A DNA stretch of 64,000 bases from an uncultured Salinisphaerales bacterium (GTDB taxonomy: Bacteria > Pseudomonadota > Gammaproteobacteria > Nevskiales > Nevskiaceae). The DNA is taken from NCBI GenBank assembly GCA_964535755.1, contig CAZHTI010000001.1:20720-84719 (forward strand), written 5' to 3'. Numbering within the stretch: the stretch's first letter is position 1; every line of letters starts with the position of its first letter. The translations under genes and the position numbers were made by a program. Below are positions 1 to 8,983 of the stretch, piece after piece. The notes under the pieces were generated by a model. The model had not been told where the DNA came from. It made no database searches and saw only the letters and a program-made list of their open reading frames with translations.

Positions 1-22
1 ACCCCACCCTAGGTAGTCCGAA

Positions 23-391
23 ATGGCCCGCGTAATGATTGTCGATGACTCTCCGACCGACCTGCTCAAGCTCAAGCAGATTTTGGAGTCAGCAGGGCAC
101 GTCGCACTCGCCGCCAGCAATGGTGCCGATGCGCTGGAGCGTATCCGCCACGCCAAGCCAGACTGCGTGCTGATGGACGTGGTGATGCCCGGCATCAATG
201 GCTTTGCCGCCACCCGAGCGCTGAGCAAAGACCCAGAGACCGCGGGCATTCCGGTCATTGTCGTCAGCAGCAAGAGTGCAGACTCCGACCGCCAGTGGGC
301 GCTACGCCAAGGCGCGCGTGAGTACCTCGTAAAGCCGGTGGTCGCTGAGGATTTGCTCGCACTGATTGCTCAAGTGCTCGACGCCCGTTAG
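23..391 (+). CDS. CheY-like single-domain response regulator (receiver only)
   Basis: 122-aa ORF with ATG at 23. Receiver hallmarks: MIVDDS acidic pocket, phospho-acceptor context VLMDVVMPG, conserved Lys in YLVKP. No output domain; sits directly upstream of a chemoreceptor gene. Confidence 0.9.
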   Translation: MARVMIVDDSPTDLLKLKQILESAGHVALAASNGADALERIRHAKPDCVLMDVVMPGINGFAATRALSKDPETAGIPVIVVSSKSADSDRQWALRQGAREYLVKPVVAEDLLALIAQVLDAR

Positions 392-430
392 TTTTTGCAT
401 CCCTTACCCAGCCTGACCCAGCGATCCCCC

Positions 431-1654
431 ATGAAATCCAACACCGGCTTCGGTCTGCTGATCTTCGCCATCCTGCTCGCCGCTGGGGGTACGGCGGCTC
501 TGGCCGCCCTGCAACCGGAAGCGCAAACTGTGCCTTGGCTGGGCTCGCTGGCCGCCTTGGGCGTGGCGGTGCTGATGATGATCACCCACCTGCTCATGGC
601 CGCCAGCGCGCAAAAGAAGCTGGAGGAGCGCCGTCGCCTCGCGGCGGAGGCCGAGAGCAAACGCCACAACGAAGCGGTGATGAAACTGCTCGATGGCATT
701 ACCTCGCTCGCCAACGGCGACCTCACCGGCGAGGTGGCGGTGACGGAGGACTTCACCGGCTCGCTGGCGGACTGCCTCAATTCCACCGTGCAAACCCTGC
801 GCGAATTGGTCGGCACCATTAATGCCAGTTCCAAAGAAATCAGCTCGGCGGCACTCACCACCACCGCCACCACCCAGCAGATGACCCGCGCCTCTGACGA
901 CCAAGCGCACGAAATCGCCGAGGCCGCCAAGGCGATCCAAGCGGCATCGGCCTCGCTGGAAGGCATTGCTGCGGATGCGGAATCGGTCGCGGCAGAGGCG
1001 AAGTCATCGGTCGCCATTGCCCACAACGGTGCCGCCACCGTGGGCCGCACCATCGTCGGCATGAGCGCCTTGCGCGAGCAGATTCAGGACACCGCCAAGC
1101 GCATCAAACGCCTGGGCGAGTCCAGCCAAGAGATTGGCGAAATCATCGAGTTCATCGATGAAATCGCCGAGCAAACCAATATGTTGGCGCTCAATGCCTC
1201 CATCCAAGCCGCCACGGCGGGCGAGGCAGGCCGTGGCTTCGCCGTCGTTGCCGAGCAGGTTCAGCAATTGGCCGAGCGCGCCAGTAACTACACGCGGCAG
1301 GTGGAATCCCTAGTCAAAACCATTCAAACCGATACCCAAGAAGCCATCACCTCGATGGAGCGCTCGACCGGCAACGTGGTGAGCGGGGCGCAAAATGCCG
1401 AGGAAGCAGGCTTAGCACTGACGCGGGTTGAGGCCGCCTCGCAACAGCTCGCCGAGCAGATCGAAGCGATGACGCTCGCCGCACGCAGGCAGTCGAGCTA
1501 CACCACCCAACTCGCCAGCAAGATGCAGGAAATCCGTGGGGTATCGGTGCAAAGCTCGATCGCTGCGGCGGAGGCTGCTGAGTCGGTTGGGCGGCTCAAT
1601 GTGCTTGCCGGGGGCCTACAGAAGTCGGTCGCCGGCTTCAAGTTGCCGCAATAA
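431..1654 (+). CDS. Methyl-accepting chemotaxis protein, PilJ-like signalling domain, no periplasmic sensor domain
   Basis: Frame 395-1654 (the track start is TTG); the internal ATG at 431 precedes two TM helices joined by a very short loop. Conserved MCP hairpin [34 protein letters not shown]. Segment [25 protein letters not shown] resembles PilJ-type transducers. Start codon uncertain (395 or 431). Confidence 0.85.
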   Translation: MKSNTGFGLLIFAILLAAGGTAALAALQPEAQTVPWLGSLAALGVAVLMMITHLLMAASAQKKLEERRRLAAEAESKRHNEAVMKLLDGITSLANGDLTGEVAVTEDFTGSLADCLNSTVQTLRELVGTINASSKEISSAALTTTATTQQMTRASDDQAHEIAEAAKAIQAASASLEGIAADAESVAAEAKSSVAIAHNGAATVGRTIVGMSALREQIQDTAKRIKRLGESSQEIGEIIEFIDEIAEQTNMLALNASIQAATAGEAGRGFAVVAEQVQQLAERASNYTRQVESLVKTIQTDTQEAITSMERSTGNVVSGAQNAEEAGLALTRVEAASQQLAEQIEAMTLAARRQSSYTTQLASKMQEIRGVSVQSSIAAAEAAESVGRLNVLAGGLQKSVAGFKLPQ

Positions 1655-1684
1655 TCGGCCTCTCAGCAGTCAGCAGTCGCCATA

Positions 1685-1714
1685 AAAAAGGCCGCGCTGA
1701 TCACGCGGCCTTTT
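1685..1714. terminator. Bidirectional rho-independent terminator between convergent genes
   Basis: aaaaa-GGCCGCG-ctgatca-CGCGGCC-tttt: 7-bp GC stem (1690-1696 / 1704-1710) flanked by an A-run and a T-run. Lies between the MCP stop (1654) and the stop of the minus-strand gene (1775). Confidence 0.7.
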
Positions 1715-1774
1715 GCATTTTTGGGCCTAAGGCCTGAGCACATTCATGGCGTAGCTCAGCGTCACGCGCTCGCC

Positions 1775-2170
1775 TTACTGCGGACGAACCTTCTTTTTGC
1801 TTTTGCGCTTGGCCACTTTTTTGCTGGCAGGCTTGGCCGCGACCGCAGCGGGCGCTGCTGGCGGGGCTGCTGCGGCATCTACCGGTTGCGGCAGGCTGAC
1901 GTAACTTGCGGACTGCTCGGCAGTCTTCCGATACACCTTGCCGTGTTGCTCAGCACCCGGCGGCGGCTCTTTGATTTTCTCTTGGTCGAAGTTCCCTTGG
2001 CTAGCATCGCCAAAGTGGCCTTGGTTGGGGTCACCAAAACGGCCCGACTGACGGTCACCAAATTGGTCGGGAGCGGCTTCGCGTGGCTGCGCCGACAGGT
2101 TAGGTGCCGCAGCCAAAAGCGTGGCCGCGAGCAGCGTTGCAGGGATTTTCGCGGGGAATTTCAATTTCAT
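1775..2170 (-). CDS. Small secreted hypothetical protein with GxFGD repeats and a polybasic C-terminus
   Basis: ATG at 2170 (M15 of the track ORF) gives the signal-peptide-like MKLKFPAKIPATLLAATLLAAAPNLSA. Followed by DQFGDRQS-GRFGDPNQ-GHFGDASQ-GNFDQEK repeats, an Ala/Pro-rich stretch and the KKVAKRKSKKKVRPQ tail. No family recognised. Confidence 0.55.
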   Translation of the reverse strand: MKLKFPAKIPATLLAATLLAAAPNLSAQPREAAPDQFGDRQSGRFGDPNQGHFGDASQGNFDQEKIKEPPPGAEQHGKVYRKTAEQSASYVSLPQPVDAAAAPPAAPAAVAAKPASKKVAKRKSKKKVRPQ

Positions 2171-2260
2171 CTTCAAGTTCCTAAAACAAAACGCCGATAG
2201 CTCAACAAACACCAGCTTACTGGTTTGTTAGCGGCAAAATCACCTCAAGCTTTACTGGAG

Positions 2261-2299
2261 AGCGTTGCAGGCTATCGGCTCGATAGCCTCGCAAACGCT
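2261..2299. promoter_or_regulatory. Inverted repeat in the divergent promoter region upstream of pckA
   Basis: Perfect 9-bp arms aggctatcg (2269-2277) and cgatagcct (2281-2289) with a 3-nt loop. Imperfectly extended by agcgttgc / gcaaacgct. Lies 76-114 nt upstream of the pckA ATG. Confidence 0.3.
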
Positions 2300-2374
2300 T
2301 GCCCAACACCGCCTGCGGCACTATCCTGCCGCCCTCTTTTTGGGGGCTTAACGCCCATTATTTAAGGATTCGCA

Positions 2375-4027
2375 ATGACTTACGCGGCAGACTTGGAAAA
2401 GCTGTTTGGACTCAAGGGCGTCACCTACAAGTACAACCTCGGCAAAACCGAGCTGTTCCACGAAGCCATTGCCAACGACCGTGGCCGCGTCGCCCGAGGC
2501 GGCCCGGATAACGCACAGAAGGCCTACCCCACCGTGTTGGGCGACAAAGGCCCGCTGGTTTACTACACCGACCCAGACTGCACCGGCCGCCGTACTAAGG
2601 ACACCTACGCGGTGGCTTGGCCTGAAGTTGAGAACGAGATTTGGTTCAAGGCCGACCTCAACAAGTACGACCCCGAGAAGTACCAAGCCCTGCTCAAGCG
2701 CGTCATCGACCACCTCAATGCCAAGGGCGGCACGCTCTACGTCAAAGACGTGTTCATGGGCAGCGACGAATCCTTCGCCGTGCCCTACCGCTTTGTCGGC
2801 GAATACGCGACCCACGCCATGTTCGTGGACAACATGTTCCCTAAGAACCTGCAAGGCGTGACGGACGTCGACGCGCGCCGCTGGACCATGCTCAACGTGC
2901 CCAGCTTTGTCTGCGTGCCCGAGCGCGACGGCAGCCGCAGCGAAGTCGTGGTGCTGATCGACACCCGCAACAAAATTTGCTTGGTAGCCGGCCGCGCCGA
3001 CTACTGCGGCGTCAATAAAAAGACCATCTTCACCGTCGGCAACTACCTGCTGCCGAAGGAAGGCCGCTTGTCGATGCACTGCTCCGCCAACGTTGGCGAG
3101 CAAGGCGACGGCGCGATTTTGTTCGGCCTCTCCGGCACCGGCAAAACCACGCTCTCCGCCGATGCCAGCCGCAAGCTGATCGGCGACGACGAAATCATCT
3201 GGAGCGACAACGGCCTCTGCAACTTGGAAGGCGGCTGCTACGCCAAGCTGATCAACCTCGACAAATCCGCCGAGCCGGTGATCGCCGAGGCGATGTCCAA
3301 GGCCGGTTGCATCATCGAAAACGTGCCTCCGCTGCCGGGCAAGACCATGCCGGAATGTCACCCGGATCAACTGGACCTGTTCGACGACTCCATCGCCGAA
3401 AACACCCGCCTTTCCTACCCGCTGGAAGTGGTGCCGAACACCATGCCCAAGGGCCAAGGCCCGCACCCGCAGACCATCGTGCTACTCACTGCCGACGCCT
3501 ATGGTGTGCTGCCGCCCGTGTCGATTCTTGAGCCCAAGGACGTGATGTATCACTTCGTCTCTGGCTTCACCGCCCGTGTTGCAGGTACCGAAGTCGGGGT
3601 GACCGAGCCGCAGCCCACCTTCAGCGCCTGCTTTGGCGGCCCGTTCATGGCGCACAAGCCTAACGTCTACGCTGAGCTGCTGGCGAAGAAGATGGAGAAA
3701 AACAACGCCCGCTGCATCCTGCTGAATACCGGTTGGAGCGGTGGTAAGTACGGCGTCGGTAAGCGCATGTCGCTGAAAGTGACGCGCGCGCTGCTCAAAG
3801 CCGCACTCGACGGCGAGCTGGATACGGTCGAAACCGAGACCCAGCCCATCCTCAACCTGAAGATGCCCAAGTCCTGCCCCGGCGTGGACGCAGCCATCCT
3901 CAACCCGCGCAACACTTGGGCCGACAAAGACGCCTATGACGCCACCGCCACCACGCTGCGCGATGCCTTCCGCAAGAACTTCGAATCCAAGGGCTTTGCC
4001 GCCTACGGGATTGAAGCGCGCATCTAA
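2375..4027 (+). CDS. pckA: Phosphoenolpyruvate carboxykinase (ATP)
   Basis: 550-aa ORF. ATP-PEPCK kinase-1a P-loop GLSGTGKTTLSAD followed by LIGDDE, plus full-length similarity by eye to PckA. Confidence 0.95.
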   Translation: MTYAADLEKLFGLKGVTYKYNLGKTELFHEAIANDRGRVARGGPDNAQKAYPTVLGDKGPLVYYTDPDCTGRRTKDTYAVAWPEVENEIWFKADLNKYDPEKYQALLKRVIDHLNAKGGTLYVKDVFMGSDESFAVPYRFVGEYATHAMFVDNMFPKNLQGVTDVDARRWTMLNVPSFVCVPERDGSRSEVVVLIDTRNKICLVAGRADYCGVNKKTIFTVGNYLLPKEGRLSMHCSANVGEQGDGAILFGLSGTGKTTLSADASRKLIGDDEIIWSDNGLCNLEGGCYAKLINLDKSAEPVIAEAMSKAGCIIENVPPLPGKTMPECHPDQLDLFDDSIAENTRLSYPLEVVPNTMPKGQGPHPQTIVLLTADAYGVLPPVSILEPKDVMYHFVSGFTARVAGTEVGVTEPQPTFSACFGGPFMAHKPNVYAELLAKKMEKNNARCILLNTGWSGGKYGVGKRMSLKVTRALLKAALDGELDTVETETQPILNLKMPKSCPGVDAAILNPRNTWADKDAYDATATTLRDAFRKNFESKGFAAYGIEARI

Positions 4028-4043
4028 GCGGCTTGGCCTTAGC

Positions 4044-4070
4044 AAAAAGCCCGCGCAAGCGGGCTTTTTT
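4044..4070 (+). terminator. Rho-independent terminator after pckA
   Basis: aaaaAGCCCGC-gcaa-GCGGGCTttttt, 17 nt after the pckA stop. Confidence 0.75.
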
Positions 4071-4163
4071 GTGAGTGCCAGAGTCATCGCGCTGCGCTGC
4101 TTGCGCCGCGATAAAGGCCCGCCGCGTCGTTACACTGCGCGCCCCAATCTCAGCATCGCTCCC

Positions 4164-4406
4164 ATGCCGGCCAAAACCGCCACGCCCGCAAGCACCACCG
4201 AGCCAGTCGCCCAGTTTGAAACTGCGCTGCAAGAGCTTGACCGCCTCGTCCAACAGTTGGAGCGCGGCGAGCTGCCTCTGGAGCAAGCGCTGCAAGCCTT
4301 TGAGCGCGGCAATGCCTTAGCCAATGACTGCCGCAAGGCGCTGGAAGCTGCCGAGCTGAAAATCGCCACGCTCACCGCCCAAGCTGAGGCCAACAGCGCA
4401 GCATGA
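4164..4406 (+). CDS. xseB: Exodeoxyribonuclease VII small subunit
   Basis: ATG at 4164 (M77 of the track ORF). 80-aa product with FETALQELDRLVQQLERGELPLEQALQAFERGNALANDCRKAL, typical XseB. Classic position upstream of ispA-dxs. Confidence 0.85.
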   Translation: MPAKTATPASTTEPVAQFETALQELDRLVQQLERGELPLEQALQAFERGNALANDCRKALEAAELKIATLTAQAEANSAA

Positions 4407-5206
4407 GGGCGGCGATCACCCTGCTCTATTCCGCACGCGCGCTGGCCCTGCCCGATAGCCCTTGGGCGGCTGAGGCCGCTGCCGTCGCCCGCTCGGGCAT
4501 CACCACGCTGACATGGCCCACCGATGCTGCGGCCATCGCAGCCACCGCGCCGGGCACCGAGTTGCTCTACCGTGGCCCAGCACTCCCAGCGGCGGAATAC
4601 GCGGCTTTGGCGTCCGCCGTGGCCGCTGATGACCGCAAGCTGATGACCGCCCAACAGGACTACTTACGCGCCCAGCAAATGCCCGGCTGGCACGCGCCCT
4701 TGGCCGATTACGGTGCGGAGTCTCGCTTGCTACCCCGCTCCCACAGCAGCCAGTTGCCGAAGGTCTTGGACAAACTCGGTTGGTGGCCGCTGGACGTGCG
4801 CGCCTACAGCGAGTGCGATGGCGGTGGCCGCCTGCGCTGCGCAAACGCCGCCAAAGCACAGGAGCATGCGGCGGCGCGGCTGGCGGCAATCGACGACGCG
4901 GGCGGCGGGCTGGTGCTGAGCCGACACGAGCCGATGATTGTCGGCAGCGAGCGCCGTTACTTCGTCTGGCACCAGAACGTCTGGCCGCACCCCAATGCGC
5001 CGGACGAAGCCACGGCACTGGCGAGAACGGTCACGCGCCACTTCTGGCACCTGTTCTACAGCGTCGACGTCGCCCAGCGCATCGATGGCCGCTGGCGCTT
5101 GGTCAATGTCAATGACGGGCAAGCTGCGGCGCTCAAAGAATGGCCAGCGGAGCTATTCGCCGAGTACCTCGCACTGTCGCTCAACCCGACCACTTTGTTG
5201 TCATGA
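4403..5206 (+). CDS. Hypothetical protein; C-terminal part resembles an ATP-grasp (R2K-clade/DUF4343-like) fold
   Basis: 267-aa ORF. Its ATG overlaps the xseB stop (ATGA at 4403-4406) and its stop overlaps the ispA ATG (ATGA at 5203-5206). Motifs ERRYFVW and GRWRLVNVNDGQAAAL are reminiscent of ATP-grasp R2K proteins. The assignment is tentative. Confidence 0.6.
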   Translation: MRAAITLLYSARALALPDSPWAAEAAAVARSGITTLTWPTDAAAIAATAPGTELLYRGPALPAAEYAALASAVAADDRKLMTAQQDYLRAQQMPGWHAPLADYGAESRLLPRSHSSQLPKVLDKLGWWPLDVRAYSECDGGGRLRCANAAKAQEHAAARLAAIDDAGGGLVLSRHEPMIVGSERRYFVWHQNVWPHPNAPDEATALARTVTRHFWHLFYSVDVAQRIDGRWRLVNVNDGQAAALKEWPAELFAEYLALSLNPTTLLS

Positions 5207-6084
5207 ACGCCGCCGAAAGCTTTGACGAACACGCCCTGGCGCGCTTCCACGCCGCGTTGGACGCCGCCCTGCCGCCCGCGCGCAGCCTGCCGCCCCGCTT
5301 GCATTCCGCCATGCGCTACGCCGCGCAAGGCGGCAAGCGGCTACGCGCGCTGTTGGTATATGCCGCAGGCCGCGCCGCCGGTGCCGATTGGCAAGTGCTG
5401 GACGCCCCCGCCGTGGCGGTCGAACTCATCCACGCCTACTCCCTGGTGCATGACGACCTCCCCGCCATGGACGACGACGCGCTGCGCCGAGGCCGGCCCA
5501 CCGTCCACGTCGCCTTCGACGAAGCCACCGCAATCTTGGCCGGCGACGGCCTGCAAACGCTCGCCTTTGCCGTGCTGGCGGACGCCGAATGCGCGAGTCC
5601 GGAGCTGGCTCTCACTTGGGTGCGGCAATTGGCAGCTGCGACCGGCTCTGAAGGCATGACCGGCGGCCAAGCCTTGGACTTAGAAGCCGAAGGCACGGCG
5701 CTGACATTGGATCAACTGCGGCAATTGCACCAACTTAAAACGGGCGCGCTGATCACTGCCAGCGTGCTGATGGGGCTTGCGGCTGGGCCAAAGGCAGGGG
5801 AATACCTTGGGCGCTTGCGCGGCTATGCAGATGCGATCGGCCTCGCCTTTCAGATTCAGGATGACGTGCTGGATGTCGAGGGCAGCGCCGCTAGCCTCGG
5901 CAAAACCCCCGGCAAGGACGCCGCCTCCGAGAAAAGCACGTATGTCCGTTTGCTCGGGCTAGGGGCGGCCAAAGGCCAAGCGGCCGGCCTATTCGACCAA
6001 GCCCAAGAGGCCCTAGTAGGCCTAGGGCCAGACGCCGCAGCGCTCCACTATTTACTCAACAAAATCCGCCACCGCAGTGCCTGA
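5203..6084 (+). CDS. ispA: (2E,6E)-farnesyl diphosphate synthase
   Basis: ATG at 5203 (M22 of the track ORF). First and second Asp-rich motifs present ([17 protein letters not shown] and FQIQDDVLD). Confidence 0.9.
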   Translation: MNAAESFDEHALARFHAALDAALPPARSLPPRLHSAMRYAAQGGKRLRALLVYAAGRAAGADWQVLDAPAVAVELIHAYSLVHDDLPAMDDDALRRGRPTVHVAFDEATAILAGDGLQTLAFAVLADAECASPELALTWVRQLAAATGSEGMTGGQALDLEAEGTALTLDQLRQLHQLKTGALITASVLMGLAAGPKAGEYLGRLRGYADAIGLAFQIQDDVLDVEGSAASLGKTPGKDAASEKSTYVRLLGLGAAKGQAAGLFDQAQEALVGLGPDAAALHYLLNKIRHRSA

Positions 6085-6170
6085 GCTGGGTTCAGCCTAG
6101 GGCATTTTGTGCACTGCACCATTGCCAACAGATGACGGATAATCACCGCAACTTTCTCGAATCTCACCCT

Positions 6171-8096
6171 ATGAGCAGCCACAGTTCCGATGTCCCCGGC
6201 TACACGCTGTTAGGCCAAGTCGATCATCCGGAAGATCTCCGCCGCCTGCCGGAGCGGGAATTGGCGCATTTGGCGGTAGAAGTGCGTCGCTATTTGATCG
6301 AGACCTTGGGCCGCATTGGCGGTCACTTTGCCGCCAATTTAGGCACGGTCGAGCTCACCATCGCGCTGCACCGCGTGTTCAACACCCCGCACGACCGTCT
6401 GGTCTGGGATGTCGGCCATCAGGCCTATCCGCACAAGATGCTCACCGGTCGGCGCGCGCGCTTGGAAACGATCCGTCGCTTGGGTGGCTTAGCGCCGTTC
6501 AACCACCGTGCTGAGAGCGAGTTCGACAGCTTTGGCGTAGGTCACTCCAGCACCAGTATCAGTGCCGCAGCGGGCATGGCGGCTGCGTCCAAAATCGCTG
6601 GCATCGCCCGCAAATGCATCGCCGTGATTGGCGATGGCGGCATGACCGCAGGCATGGCGTTTGAAGCCCTCAACCACGCCGGCCACGCGGGTTTGGACGT
6701 GCTCGTGGTCTACAACGACAACGACATGAGCATCTCGGAGAACGTCGGCGCACTGCGCGATCACTCCGCGCGCTTGGTCAAAAAGCTCTGCTTAGCTCAG
6801 CCGCCTTATTCCCGCCGCGCGGGCCATGTTGCCGACGCACAAGAGCACAACGAGGCGCATCTGCCCGACCCGGGCGCTCTATTCAGCACCCTGGGCTTCA
6901 GCTACACCGGCCCGATTGATGGCCATGACCTGCCCAGCCTGCTCGCCACGTTAGAGCAGCTCAAGCAGACGCCTGGGCCCAAGCTGCTGCACGTCATCAC
7001 CACCAAGGGCAAGGGTTTTGAGCCCGCCGAATGCGACCCCATCAAGTACCACGGCGTCACCCAGTTTGACCCCGTCACCGGTGCCTTCCCGCTCAAGAAG
7101 CCGAGCGTGAAGCCCAGCTACACCCAAGTCTTTGGCGACTGGCTCTGCGCCGCAGCCGCTGCCGACCCCTTGGTGGTCGGCATTACGCCGGCGATGCGCG
7201 AGGGCTCGGGTTTGGTCGAGTTCTCCAAGCAATTCCCTGAGCGCTACTTCGACGTCGGCATCGCCGAGCAGCATGCCGTAACGCTGGCCGCTGGCCTCGC
7301 CTGCGAGGGCATCAAGCCGATCTGCGCGATCTATTCCAGCTTCTTGCAGCGCGGCTATGACCAGCTGATCCACGACGTCGCCATCCAAAACCTACCCGTG
7401 GTGTTTGCCATCGACCGGGGTGGCTTGGTCGGTGCCGATGGTGCTACCCATCACGGCGTGTTTGATCTCAGCTTCCTGCGTTGCATCCCCAATATGGTGG
7501 TGATGACGCCTAGCGACGAGCTGGAAACCCAGCGCATGCTCAGCACCGGCTTGGCCCACAAAGGCCCCTCCGCAGTGCGCTACCCGCGCGGCAATGGGCT
7601 AGGTCTCGACTTAAGCAGCGGCCAGAAACCACTGACCTTGGGCAAGGCCCGCATCGTGCGCGAGGCCCATGGCCGCCGCCGCCCGCGCGTCGCCCTGCTG
7701 GCATTCGGTTGCATGGTCGCCCCGGCACTAGAGGCAGCGGACATCCTCGATGCCACGGTCGCCGATATGCGCTTCGTCAAGCCGCTGGACGTGGAGCTGA
7801 TCCTCGACCTCGCCCATGAGAACGACCTGCTGGTGACGCTGGAAGACAACGTCCGCATGGGCGGCGCGGGTTCGGGCGTCAACGAAGTCTTGGCGGCCCA
7901 CCACCAGTTGGTGCCGGTGCTCAACCTCGGCCTGCCGGATCACTTCATCGAGCACGGCACGCGCGAGGAATTACTCACGCAGGTCGGGCTCGATGGCGCA
8001 GGCATCTTGCGCAGCATCCAAAAGCGTTTGCGGGCGAAGGAGTTCGACGCCAGTAACGAAGGCCGCCCGGGCGGCAATCTAAGCTCCGTTCGCTGA
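6171..8096 (+). CDS. dxs: 1-deoxy-D-xylulose-5-phosphate synthase
   Basis: Full-length Dxs-like translation with [14 protein letters not shown] and the ThDP motif [18 protein letters not shown]. Start is 6132 or 6171; 6171 was chosen by N-terminal alignment by eye. Confidence 0.95.
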   Translation: MSSHSSDVPGYTLLGQVDHPEDLRRLPERELAHLAVEVRRYLIETLGRIGGHFAANLGTVELTIALHRVFNTPHDRLVWDVGHQAYPHKMLTGRRARLETIRRLGGLAPFNHRAESEFDSFGVGHSSTSISAAAGMAAASKIAGIARKCIAVIGDGGMTAGMAFEALNHAGHAGLDVLVVYNDNDMSISENVGALRDHSARLVKKLCLAQPPYSRRAGHVADAQEHNEAHLPDPGALFSTLGFSYTGPIDGHDLPSLLATLEQLKQTPGPKLLHVITTKGKGFEPAECDPIKYHGVTQFDPVTGAFPLKKPSVKPSYTQVFGDWLCAAAAADPLVVGITPAMREGSGLVEFSKQFPERYFDVGIAEQHAVTLAAGLACEGIKPICAIYSSFLQRGYDQLIHDVAIQNLPVVFAIDRGGLVGADGATHHGVFDLSFLRCIPNMVVMTPSDELETQRMLSTGLAHKGPSAVRYPRGNGLGLDLSSGQKPLTLGKARIVREAHGRRRPRVALLAFGCMVAPALEAADILDATVADMRFVKPLDVELILDLAHENDLLVTLEDNVRMGGAGSGVNEVLAAHHQLVPVLNLGLPDHFIEHGTREELLTQVGLDGAGILRSIQKRLRAKEFDASNEGRPGGNLSSVR

Positions 8097-8123
8097 TCCG
8101 CGCCTTGATTGGGCGGCTTCCTC

Positions 8124-8906
8124 ATGACTCGCCAGCAGCTGCGGAGGGCAATGTTCGCGCTGCTGCTGTCCTCGATCAGTGCAGCACTGGCCGCGCCTAC
8201 TGCCCCAGTAGCCGCTAGCCCCGTCAGCAGCGAAGCGCCCGCTGGCAGCGATAAGCCCGTCGTGCAGGTGCGTGCACTGCTGCAAGGCAAGGCAGTTTTG
8301 CAGGTAGGCAACGCGCCGCCTCGGCTGGTGCGCGTCGGCGAGTCCGAGCAGGGCGTGCGCTTGCTGGCCGCAGATGCCAGCGGCGTGACGGTGTTGCAGG
8401 ATGGCCGCAAGCAACGCCTGAAGCTGACCGGCGGCACCGCAGTGCAGCCTTCCGTGGTCAGCAGCCAAGTCGTGCAGCCCTACATCCCACCGTCGGACGC
8501 GGCCAAACCACCTAATGGCCTGACGTTAACGGCGGATGCGTTCGGACACTTCAGCCTCAAGGGCCGCGTCAATGGGCGTGACACCGCCTTTTTAGTCGAT
8601 ACCGGTGCCTCGCTGGTGGTGTTGACTGAGGCACAGGCCAAGGCCGCAGGCTACGCACTGGAAGATGGCCGCCCAGTGCGCAGCCAGACGGCGAATGGGG
8701 TCGCCATCAACTACCTAGTCACGCTGCGCAGCCTACAAATCGGGCCTTGGACGTTCCAAAAAGTTGAAGCACTGATCGCCCCGACGATGGAGGGCGAGCA
8801 GGCGCTCTTGGGCAACAATATTCTTCAGCGTTTGCAGATGGAGCAGCGCGGCAATCGCTTGAAGCTCAGCCGCCCTGGCAGTTCCGGATCAGCGGAAGCG
8901 CCCTAG
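8124..8906 (+). CDS. Retropepsin-like (clan AA) aspartic protease, membrane/secreted
   Basis: N-terminal hydrophobic segment, then the catalytic FLVDTGASLVVL and GNNILQRL typical of bacterial retropepsin-like proteases (TIGR02281-type). Confidence 0.8.
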   Translation: MTRQQLRRAMFALLLSSISAALAAPTAPVAASPVSSEAPAGSDKPVVQVRALLQGKAVLQVGNAPPRLVRVGESEQGVRLLAADASGVTVLQDGRKQRLKLTGGTAVQPSVVSSQVVQPYIPPSDAAKPPNGLTLTADAFGHFSLKGRVNGRDTAFLVDTGASLVVLTEAQAKAAGYALEDGRPVRSQTANGVAINYLVTLRSLQIGPWTFQKVEALIAPTMEGEQALLGNNILQRLQMEQRGNRLKLSRPGSSGSAEAP

Positions 8907-8910
8907 GCCA

Positions 8911-8938
8911 GTAGGGGCGAGGCATGCCTCGCCCCTAC
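8911..8938. repeat. REP-like 28-bp perfect palindrome, copy A
   Basis: gtaggggcgaggca|tgcctcgcccctac, perfect 14+14 palindrome, between convergent stops 8906 and 8984. Related copies at 18499-18526 and 24793-24820. Confidence 0.85.
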
Positions 8939-8955
8939 CCGTGATCTCAACCGCA

Positions 8956-8983
8956 CCCCACGTCCCACAACCCACGTCCCACC
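8956..8983. repeat. Tandem heptamer array (TCCCACN)x4
   Basis: ccccacg tcccaca acccacg tcccacc, abutting the MMPL stop codon (8984-8986). Same unit as the arrays at 22604-22724. Confidence 0.75.

Noticed and set aside
388-1062. 224-aa and 178-aa minus-strand ORFs opposite the chemoreceptor gene
   Set aside because: Antisense shadow ORFs with low-complexity translations. The plus-strand MCP call explains the region.
2348-3466. 372-aa minus-strand ORF opposite pckA
   Set aside because: Antisense to a confidently identified gene. The translation is Gly/Ala/Val/Arg-rich with no motifs, the typical shadow ORF of GC-rich DNA.
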